From positions 1 through 64,000 of the forward strand of contig CDMY01000470.1 of assembly GCA_001179505.1 (NCBI GenBank): 64,000 nucleotides of DNA, read 5' to 3'. This stretch comes from Vitrella brassicaformis CCMP3155 (taxonomy: Eukaryota; Protista; Chromerida). Below, piece by piece: positions 13,856 through 24,260 of this stretch. Position 1 is the stretch's first letter, and every line of letters starts with the position of its first letter. Below the pieces are notes generated by a model, which was given only the letters and a program-made list of their open reading frames with translations, was not told where the DNA came from and ran no database searches. The translations under genes and the position numbers were made by a program.

Positions 13856-14358
13856 CGCAAGGAGTGATCAACGGATATGGGGCAGATCCGCCTGACCTGC
13901 GAGCCGGCAAAGGGATCGATATTCTTGCCGTGTATGAGTGGGTGTCCATCTTTGCCCGTTCGTTTGCTCACCGCACTCGTATTGCGTCGACAGATGGCAC
14001 CACAACAAACGGATGGCGCTTCCCGCAGATCGTCAGTGCAACTACGATAAGGATCTCACTCTACAACCGCACAGACACAGATTCGACACTTCAACAGCAC
14101 CGACACCGATGCACGTCGATCGGTGCCAAGCTCGCAAAGCTCGCAAAGGAAGGTGCGTTCTCCAACGCACACAATGCCTTGCGTAGGAGGAGTTTGACTC
14201 GCAGACCTCTCCCAGGCCGGAAAGCTGGGAGGACGTCGCAGAGGCCAAGAGTGAGCTACTGAAGGCAGATCTGCGACACCACCTACAACCAGCAGCGCAT
14301 CTGCTCGCACACACCACTCCGAGAGGGGATCAGCGGGCTGGAGGGCCAGGGTCCAGCG

Positions 14359-15813
14359 ATGAGTGCTGAGGAGGTCGCCGACAACCCTCCCGACGCCAAC
14401 GGGAAGGAGGGGGAGAAGAGTGAGGAACCTGCCAGCGGTGAGCTGAGCTCAATCCTCTCCCTCTTCTGCATGTGTGGTGTGAGATGCCTGTGCGCGTGTG
14501 TGTGTGCGTGCAGGCCCTTCTGTGGGTGAGGAGGTGCAGCCATCTGCGACAGAGGAGAACAAGCCAGAAAAGGAGGAGGAAGCAGCAGCAGCAGCTGAGG
14601 CAGCACCTGACGCAGCGGAGACCAACACGGGCAAGGAGGACAAGGAGGAGAAGGATAACAAGGAGGAGGGTGACACGCCGGCTGCAGACGCTCCGGGTGG
14701 TGTTGTTGAAGACAAGACGACAGAAGACGCTCCTGCCCCTGTTGAGGGCGAGAAGGCCGAGGGAGAGAAGGCAGAGGCAGAGGCAGAGGATGCGCCAGTG
14801 GACAAGACGACGACAGAAGTAGAGGAGGCGCCCGCTGAGGTGAGAAGGCACCACCCATACATATGTGGCACATTAGTCACTCACTCACTCACGCCATCGG
14901 CACGACTTACTTGTCTGTCTGCTCAGGGTGAGACGACAGCCGATGCTGCCGCTCCTCAGCCGAGTGAGTCATCCCCCGTCGTGGACAAGGAGGAGACCAG
15001 TGCCACCACCACCCCATCAGCAGCAGCATCGGCATCAGCGTCCACCAGCCAGCCTCCCCCTCCCCCGCCCCCTCCTCCCCCGCCCCCACCCCCGCCGTCA
15101 GACGACGACAAGAGAGAGAATGAGGACGACAGCAAGTCGCACGAGGAGGGCTCTTTCCGTGGCGGGAGAGGCCGTGGCGGATACCGAGGCAGGGGCAGGG
15201 GCAGGGGACGGGGCGGATTCTACAACAGATACAGAGGTAGGTAGGTGACGTGAGCCACACAGGCAGCCAGCCAGCCAGCCAGCTGGATGGATGGATGGAT
15301 GTTGGTACTGGTTTGGCCACAGATGATGCTTACAACGGAGGCGGTGAGATGGGCGAGTCGGGCGGCCCTTTGCCGTACTACTTTGGTGCGGACGGGGCGC
15401 TTTACACGTACCCCCAGCACCCACAGGGCATGGGCGGCGGCATGGGGGTTGGCGGGATGGGCGGCATGGCCCCCAGCCCCTACTACATGCAACAGCAGCA
15501 GCAGCCGGCGCCGCCGATGCCCAACGGGGCGTTTCCATTCTTCACGGGCGTCGACGGAGCTTACAGCGTACGACACACACACACACACGAAGACGGACAC
15601 AGACACAGTCAGATCTGGGCAGGGGGTCATGTGCTTGGTTGTTTGTGTGTGTTGCCCTCGTCCTCAGGTTGCGTATCCCTACTTCGATCCGACTACAGGG
15701 ATGCCAATCGCCATCCTCGGTAGAACACACACTCACACCAAACCGGCACGTCTAGTCACCTCGCTCTCTGTGTGTATATGTCGATTGGTCAGCCCCCCCT
15801 CACGGCCCGTCAC
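14359..15813 (+). CDS. Acidic disordered protein with RGG/RG box and Tyr/Gly/Met-rich segment (probable RNA-binding protein); truncated by gap
   Basis: ATG at 14359 (MSAEEVADNPPDANGKEGEKSEEPAS) is followed by GT-AG introns. Motifs include [42 protein letters not shown] and VAYPYFDPTTGMPIAIL. Confidence 0.7.
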
Positions 15814-16113
15814 NNNNNNNNNNNNNNNNNNNNNNNNNNNNNNNNNNNNNNNNNNNNNNNNNNNNNNNNNNNNNNNNNNNNNNNNNNNNNNNNNNNNNNN
15901 NNNNNNNNNNNNNNNNNNNNNNNNNNNNNNNNNNNNNNNNNNNNNNNNNNNNNNNNNNNNNNNNNNNNNNNNNNNNNNNNNNNNNNNNNNNNNNNNNNNN
16001 NNNNNNNNNNNNNNNNNNNNNNNNNNNNNNNNNNNNNNNNNNNNNNNNNNNNNNNNNNNNNNNNNNNNNNNNNNNNNNNNNNNNNNNNNNNNNNNNNNNN
16101 NNNNNNNNNNNNN
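15814..16113. other. Assembly gap (300 N)
   Basis: Run of N. Confidence 1.
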
Positions 16114-16195
16114 TCATCCGTCGGCGCACAGAGGAACGGCGTCGACGCGAACGGACTCGACTGGCTGCTGCCCTTCGGGGCGCCCTGACAGACCA

Positions 16196-16231
<36 letters not shown>

Positions 16232-17389
16232 ACACACAAAAGTGGTGGTCGTGGTGATGGTGTGAGAGGGTGTGTGTGTATGGGTACCTGTGTTGACGCA
16301 GGGTGCGGAGGACCGCCCATCATCATGTTGGTGTGGGGGCGATATGCACCAGGGTGATGCCCATGGTGGTGCCCCGGGTGACTCGGCGGCGGGTGGCTGG
16401 GCGGTGGCGGGTGCGCCGGTGGGTGGGGGTGGGGCGGGGGCGCCACGGCCGAACGTGACCGAAAGTGCTGCGCGAGGCCGTGCAGCATCTCATACTCGAG
16501 CGTGTCCTGCGGGCCGTCCCCCGAGCCGTCGACGCCCACAGCCGCGGCCGATGACGACTGTCCTCCCCCACAGATGAGCGACAGGAGATAGTGAGGGTCC
16601 CTTTGGCGCTCTCGCTCCTCCTCGGCGTCCTTCTGCCGCTGGGCTGTCAGCTCGTGCTCACGCGCACTTTCGAAGTGCAGGTCGCGATTCACCTCAGCCG
16701 TGCGCGCCTTCTCGGCCTCGATCAGCCGGTCCAGCTCTTCTTGCTCGGCCTGCATGCGCGCCTCCTCCTGCCTGACCGCCTCAATCTCCTTATCGATACC
16801 GTCGACCGCCACGGCGATGTCGCCCCCGGCCCGCTCCTCCCTCTCGATGTCGGCACGCAGCCGCGCCAGCTCGGCCGCGTCGTCCAGCTCGCGCACCTCC
16901 CTCGCCAGCTCAGTACTGAGGGCCTCTTGCCGCCATCTTGTCAGATCGTCATGGTCGTGCAGATTCCGGTTCTCGTGCGCGTGGGTGAGCAGCGCCAGCT
17001 CAACCTCCATTGCCGCGACCTCGGCCGTCACAACAGCCAGCCGCGCGCTGTTGCTCTCGTACTCGGCGGCGGGAGGGATGGCTGGCTCGGGCGACGGAAA
17101 GCCTTCACAGCCCTCCCTCTCTGCTGTGGCTGCTGCCGCCGCCTCGTCCTCGACGTCGTCGAGCTGCTGCATCTCCTCGGGGTCCACCTGCGCCTCGATC
17201 TCCTCCTGCAGGCCAGCATAATCCTCCTCCTCCTCCTCCTCCTCGTCGCCTTGGTATGCCTCCTCTTCCTCGTCAAAGCGGCCCGCACCCTCGCCGATGT
17301 CAAGCGGCTGACGAATGACACACAACACAACACAACACATTACACACACACACACACCCGTGACATCTGTATGTCCTGTTGATCTCTCC

Positions 17390-19770
17390 AGTGTCCTCAC
17401 CTGAGCGATAGCATCGTCACGGTACTCTACTTGTTCCTCATCCTCGCCTTGGTATCCCACCTCCTCCTCTGCCGCCTCGCCCGCTGGTCCCTCGAGCTCC
17501 TCCTCATGCTGAAGCAGCTGCTGTGCCTGCGCCTCGATCTCCTCCTGCAGGTCAGCATAATCCTCCTCCTGGTCGAGTCGAGCGCCATACTGCATGCCGC
17601 CCGCGGCAGCTGCTGCAGCTCCGGCCTCCTCCTGCTCCCCTTTGACCTGAGTGTATTGTTCTTCCTCCTGTGGTGGCTGAATCAGGCGGGGCGGGCCCTC
17701 CTGGACGTCAGACACGCCACCCACATCCTACATCCACACACACAGAGACCACAGATGAGCTGCGGCTGGAGCGAGAGCGTGTTTCTCGTTTTGGCTCTCT
17801 GGCAAGTCAGGTACATACCTGGATGAGACGCAGTTGGTCGGGCTGTTGGGCTCCGTTGAGTGCCCGCTCCATATCGTGGATCTCGCCGTTGCCGCGAGCC
17901 TCCTCTGACAGCTGCTGGGGCGCCTCCTGCGACGGGGGGTGGTCGGGCACGAGGAGCACGGGCGGCAGCAGGTCCTTGTCCTCCTCATGAGCAACGTCAG
18001 GCTGCACGCATCATGGCATGTATGTCATGAGAAATGTACGTGTGTATGGTAACACTGCACGTGTGTCTTCTGTCTGACCTGGACGAGAGTTGGTGCTTGT
18101 TCGAACGTCTGCGGCTGTTCCGGCGCGACCGATGCACCATTCCGCTGCTGCGAGAGGTCGCGGCTGACGGGCAGGCCGGGCGGCACGACGGGCGGCAACA
18201 AGTCTTCCGAATCAGGCATTAGGTCACGACTCACAAGATGCGGCGGGGGGTACTGCACACCACCCGCACCCCCTTCCACACTCGCCCTCTGGCTACTGGC
18301 AGGCCCCTCCCCCTCCCCCGCCTCCATGTCTGACAGCTGCTGCAGGCTGGGCGGCGGTGTGTGGCCAGCCACCTGCTGTCCCTCCTCCCCGCCGATGCGC
18401 ACATCCACCCCTCCCTCGGTGTCCAAATCAACGTGCACGGGCGCCGCCAGGTGTCGGGGCGCGTCGATGTCGATGTGTCGGTCCTCGCCCGCCTCGCGGC
18501 ACGTCAGATGCAGGTTGGCCGATGCGTCGTCACGGTACTCTACTTGTTCCTCATCCTCGCCTTGGTATCCCTCCTCCTCCTCCTCTGCCGCCTCGCCCGC
18601 TGGTCCCTCGAGCTCCTCCTCATGCTGAAGCAGCTGCTGTGCCTGCGCCTCGATCTCCTCCTGCAGGCCAGCATAATCCTCCTCCTGGTCGAGTCGAGCG
18701 CCATGGCAACACATACAAACGTCCAATGCAATGACACACGTGTGAAGCCCTGTGGGCGCGACTGACGGGTGCTGCTGGATGTTCGGCAGGCGGAAGGCCG
18801 TACTGCACGCCGCCAGCGGCAGCTGCTGCATCGACCACCTGAGCGTATTGCTCTTCCTCCTGTGGTGGCTGAATCAGACGGGGCGGGCCCTCCTGGATGT
18901 CAGACACGCCACCCACATCCTACATCCACACACACACAGAGACCACAGATGAGCTGCTGCTGGAGCGAGAGCGTGTTTCTCGTTTTGGCTCTCTGGCAAG
19001 TCAGGTACCTACCTGGATGAGACGCAGTTGGTCGGGCTGTTGGGCTCCGTTGAGTGCCCGCTCCATATCGTGGATCTCGCCGTTGCCGCGAGCCTCCTCT
19101 GACAGCTGCTGGGGCGCCTCCTGCTGCGGGGGGTGGTCGGGCAAAACCACGGGCGGCGGCAGGTCCTCCTCCTCCTCCTCATGAGCAACGTCAGGCTGCA
19201 GGCATCATGACATGTATGTCATGAGAAATGTAAGTGTGTATGGTTACACTGCACGTGTATCGTCTGTCTGACCTGGACGAGAGTTGGTGCTTGTTCGAAC
19301 GTCTGCGGCTGTTCCGGCGCGATCGATGCACCATTCCGCTGCTGCGAGAGGTCGCGGCTGACGGGCAGGCCGGGCGGCACGACGGGCGGCAACAAGTCTT
19401 CCGAATCAGGCATTAGGTCACGACTCACAGGATGCGGCGGGCGGTACTGCACACCACCCCCACTCCCTTCCACACTCCCCCTCTGGCTACTGGCAGGCCC
19501 CTCCCCCTCCCCCGCCTCCATGTCTGACAGCTGCTGCAGGCTGGGCGGCGGTGTGTGGCCAGCCACCTGCTGTCCCTCCGGCTGCTGAGCGGTCGGATGG
19601 TACACGTGCTCCTCCCCGCCAATGGGTCCGTGCGGTGACATAGCCTCCCCGCCCTCTGCCTCCATTTCCTCCCACCAGCTCAGGCGTCGCGGCTCGGTGT
19701 CCAAATCAACGTGCACGGGCGCGTCGATGTCGATGTGTCGGTCCTCGCCCGCCTCGCGGCACGTCAGATG
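17390..19770. repeat. Tandem duplication of about 1.15-1.2 kb exon-intron units inside the PP2C fusion gene
   Basis: 17690-18470 matches 18880-19720 and 17400-17590 matches 18530-18700. Repeated peptides include LLPPVVPPGLPVSRDLSQQRNGAS and EEIEAQAQQLLQHEEELEGPAGEAAEEE. Confidence 0.9.
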
Positions 19771-19919
19771 CTGGTTGGGCGACTCGGGGTGCAGGGCGCC
19801 CGACGGCAGGGATGGCGACGCGACAGAGGGAAGCGAGAGGTCCTCCTCCAGCTCGGCGTCCTCGGCGGCCTCCCCATACGGATCGCACACCGTCTCGCTC
19901 TCTTGGCCGGGGCTGCGGA

Positions 19920-20815
19920 CAACGCCCACCACGACGGTGATGTCGTCCCTTTTGCCGCCCCGGCCGTCGCGAAAATCTGGGTCCTTGGGGTTGTGGATCC
20001 GTGCCTCGCGGGCGAAGGGGGTTGGTGCCGTGCGGTCGACGCTGGTGTTGTAGGCCAGCTCCCCAATCTCCCTGGCCAGCTTGGCCGCCGTCATGCGCCA
20101 CATGTCGTCCGCCCGCCTAACGACAACATCGATGAGAATATTGTCGAAGACGCCGTCCGTGGCCGCGATGATGACGTCGCCCTCCTGGACAGCCACCTCC
20201 AGGGTCTGGACGCCGGCGCTCCAGTAGCCGCTGCGGGGTCCGGTGGGCGTCCAGAAGGGCGGCTTGTTGGCGGGGAGCGACCTGAGTCTGTCGGGCAGGG
20301 GATCCACGATGCACCGGCGCCCGTCACTGGTCGTCACCCGCCACTCTCTCGCTTTTGGGCCGCACAGCTTGGCCAGCTGGAATGGGCACTTCCAGTGGCC
20401 GGGCAGCTGCATGGGGAGGAGCTGGCCCTCGATCGTCCCCTCGTCGAGGTCGTCCAGGCAGGTCACCGCAGCCACGGAGTCGCCAAAGGTGGCCAGGTGG
20501 GCGAAGACTCCGCCGTCCTGTTCCACCAGTTTGACGATGGTGGCCGTGGTGGAGCCCTTCGGGCCGTCCGCCACGGTGTCTTCCCACCCCGCCAGCATCA
20601 CCTCGCTCGCCCTGTTGTGGCAGCCGCGGCTCTCGCCCGCTGAGTGCTCCTCGCATCGGGACATCATGTAGCGGGCGATCGCCTGGCTGCTGTAGCCGAA
20701 GTCCTTCTTGATGCCGCCCACGCCATGACCGCGCCGGTCGCGGCGCTCATGAACCACGCGTCCTCACACTCGTCCTCCCTCCCTTTGCCCCTGGAGAAGG
20801 CTGCCATCTCCAGCA
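19920..20815 (-). other. PPM/PP2C phosphatase domain, PTC7-like (copy D)
   Basis: LEMAAFSRGKGREDECEDAWF..., [frame break] GVGG, GPKGSTTATIV, HLATFGDS, CPFQL, GDVIIAATDGVFDNI, TPFAREA, GGKRDDITVVVGVV. Confidence 0.85.
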
Positions 20816-22947
20816 CCTTGGAGCAAGAGGGAGGGGGAGAGGGTCGCGTCGGGGCTGTGGCAGTGGGGCTGGCGGTTGGGGGCGTGTTGAGAGAGGTGGA
20901 CGGCGACTCCCCCGCCGATGAGGGCCGCTTGTGCTGGTCGGGGTGCTGCAGGGGGGGCAGCTGGCCGGCAGGCGTGACGACTGGCGAGAGTGGCGCTGCC
21001 GATGCGGCCGAGACGGGCGTGGCGTCCTCCTCTGCAGGGGGCTGTTCCCCACCCCTCTCATGCGCCTCTTCCCTCTGGTGAGCCACCATCTGCATGAAGG
21101 TGTCGATCTGCCGGTCGACCACCGCCCGGTCAGCCGCCGCTATGGGGGATGAGTCGACAGACGGCGCGCCATCAGGAGCACTCTCCGCCACGTCCGCACG
21201 GATGGCGGCACTGGCGTGTGTGAGGGGCAGCACGATCGACTCAGGGGGGGTGGATGGAGGCAGGGGCGGGAGTGTGTCGTGCGAGCGGGAGACGGGGGAG
21301 ATGCCCTTGACCGTCTGGGGCGAGGCCGCTGGCACAGCTTGCGTTGTGTCGACCACCCTCAGCTTGCTCACATCTGGCCTTCCCGCCGGCACGTCTTCTC
21401 TGTCTGTCGGTGCGGCGGCCTCCTCCGGTTGCTGCTGCCGCTGTTTGTCTCGCCCCTCCTTGAGTCCCTCGGTGCTCGTCGATCGCGCAGCCCATTTCTC
21501 GTCCTTCTCCTCATCTGCCCTCTCCGGTGGCGGCACGGCAGCCATCGGGGCCTCTCGACGGACAGGCGGCGAGAGTGGAGAGGACGTGAAGGCCCCCAGC
21601 CCCTCCCTAGCCACGATGGTGTCCTCAGCGGCCTCATCGCCCAAGTGCTCCTCCCCATCTTGCGTCGCCGGTGCTTCAGGGCTCCCGAGAGTGCCTCTGT
21701 CTCTGTCACGGTCTCTGTACTGCTGGGCGGGCGACGGCGTGGGTGAGAGTGGAGGCGGGGGCGACGGCTCCTCCTCGCCCTCGCTCTTGTCTTCTTGCTG
21801 TGTGCTGCTGGGCGGGGTGGGCTGCGAACGGGATGGGGCCTGGTCGGGCACCATGTCCGGCTGAAGGTCCGCGTGGTACACTGCACGACACAAACACACG
21901 AAGGAACGAACGTGCGAACGACATTCACACACACATCCCGATTGTGTGTGTGGGGTGCTGGTGTGTTTGTGTGTGCGTACCAGCTCCCCCAGCGCCGCCC
22001 TCTTCGTCGGTGTACTCGTCCCTGTCGTCGCTCTTGGGCAGCGGCACGCTGCCGGCGCTCACAGACTTCTCCGTCGCAAGAGCAGGATACGACGGCGGGG
22101 GCGGTGTAGACACCTGCACCCACAACACACACACACCGATGTTGCCTCGGTCACACACGCCACACGCACACAGAGAGAGACATACGCACCTTCCTGTCGG
22201 CCTGTGTCTCGGGGTCGCTCTCGTCGATGCGGCCACCAGGAACGGCACCAGCACTGGCCAAGAGCGGCCCGCCTCCCATCCCGAAGCCGCTGCCCGCGAG
22301 CGCGTCTCTGATGGGGGGGCTGCTGATGCTGAGGCGGTGTGCGTGTGGGTTGGTGGGCGGGGCGGGGACGGGGAATGGGGCCTTTGAGGGCGACATGATG
22401 CCGCCAGACTTCATGGTGATGGAGTCGCGCTTGCCCATGTTGATCTGCGGGGAGGTGGGCATCGACTCGCTCTCGGGCAGCGACACACGGGGGTTGGCGG
22501 CTTTGTCTGAGAGACAAGGGAAGAGGGGGAACCCCGTTTCTTTGTGTGTCAAGCAAGGGTGTGTGTGCGTGAGATGCCGCCCATTTGCTCACTCACCGGG
22601 CGGCTGAATGACGGTGGAGTGTGACTGCACCCCGTCTGCGCGCGGCCTGAGGTGGGTGGGGGGGATCATGTTGGCCGCCGTGCTGGGCGTCCCGTTGCCC
22701 TGCGATACCGTCGGGCTCTCAGGCGTCCCGCCACCTGCACCCACACACACAGAGAGATGTGAAACAAACCAGCTCGTCCATGCGGTGAATGAATCGTGCT
22801 GGCGCACCTGAGGAGGCGCCTGGCTGCGTGGACGTCATAGTGGTCTGCAAGGGGGCCTTCGGTGAGAGAGTCGACTCGCCCCTCTCGCGAAGGGCGCTGC
22901 CTGTGGGGGGCGGCTCGCTGCGCCACCGACTCAAATCCTGCGAGCAG

Positions 22948-22979
<32 letters not shown>

Positions 22980-22989
22980 GACAGAGGGG

Positions 22990-24260
22990 TGAGGAGCCAT
23001 TATCACATTGAATTCATCGTCATTCATTCACAGTGAATGATCCATTATCACACTACACGGTGTGAGTGACGCGCGTGGGAAGTAGGGGGAGAGGGTGTCG
23101 GTGTGCTTACGAGTCTCATTTGGAGTATTTCGAGCCCGGCGGCCTGTTTGATCTTGTCCATGTCGCTGCCTGGCCGGGTGTCGCGGTCCAACTCGGCCTC
23201 GTCAGTCGACGATGAGGCGCCACGCAATGACTAATGAATTATTCACACCCATGACACACAGAGAGAGATTTGTGTGCGTGTTGGTGTTGGTGTTGGTGTT
23301 GGTGTGCTGTGTGTGCGAAGCGAAGCGGTCGGCGTACGGGTAGTTGTGTGAGCATGGACTTGACTGCGTCCTTCTTGTGTGCGATGGCGTGGCGCGTTCT
23401 TGTGTGCGATGGCGTGGCGCGTCTCCTCGATCTGCTCCTCCAGCGTCTTTGGGCCCTCCACACCGTCGCTGTCGTTGGCGCCTCCCGTGGACAGCTCGTC
23501 ACCGTCTATCATATCAACTAGGTGGCCTGCATGCATCAACAGAATCACCCACACCACCCAAAGCAGCAATGAGAACGAATCCAAAGGCCAATAACTTCAT
23601 GATCACATGAATGACAGTGCATAATGAGTGAGCCATTATCACATTGATCAATTGAATGATCCATAGTCACGCAACACCATGTCAGTGACATGATCACATG
23701 CAATGGATGAATCAATGGATGGCATCATCGTGCTGGCGCACCTGATGAGGAGATTCATAGTGGTCTGCGGTGGGAGAGCGGCTCGCTGCACCAACACACA
23801 CCAACACACACACACACACACAAACGACAGGTGGGTGAATGTGTTAGTGGAGTGCATTCGACCAACAACCGCACACAAACATCAACCACACACACGCACA
23901 CACGTGTTCCGGACTGACCTTGATCTCCTCCTCGCCCTCTATCATCATGACTACTTGACCTGCATGCATCAACAGATTCACCCACACCAGCCAAAGCGCC
24001 AATGAGAACTGATCCAGAGGCGAAGGACTTCATGATCACATCAATGACACTGCATAATGAGCGAGCCATTATCACATTGAATTCATCGTCATTCATTCAC
24101 AGTGAATGATCCATGGTCACACCACACGACGTGAGTGACATGCATAGTCCACAATCAATCACTTGAATGACTTCATTCAGTCATCATCGTGAAAAACTAC
24201 GTGAGTGACATGTGTCATTGCAAAATGGTCAAGTGAGTCGTTTGTTGACTGACTGACGAC
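22990..24260. repeat. Degenerate tandem repeat units containing GAGCCATTATCACATTGAAT...GAATGATCCA...GTGAGTGAC
   Basis: The motif recurs at about 22995, 23630 and 24063. 23525-23640 matches 23960-24080. Two minus-strand ORFs both begin MNDDEFNVIMA. Confidence 0.8.

Larger units (their letters stand above)
16114..23512 (-). pseudogene. Large multi-exon PP2C (PTC7-like) fusion gene: disordered N-terminus, PP2C domain, duplicated acidic exons, coiled coil, Pro/His region; two apparent frameshifts
   Basis: There is a chain of GT-AG exons from MIDGDELSTGG (23512) downward. Frame breaks occur at 23373-23422 (25-bp tandem duplication) and at about 20720 (loss of the ADG motif). Confidence 0.6.

Noticed and set aside
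14359-15813. Naming the RGG protein LARP1 or another specific RBP
   Set aside because: Only low-complexity similarity is visible, with no diagnostic folded domain before the gap.
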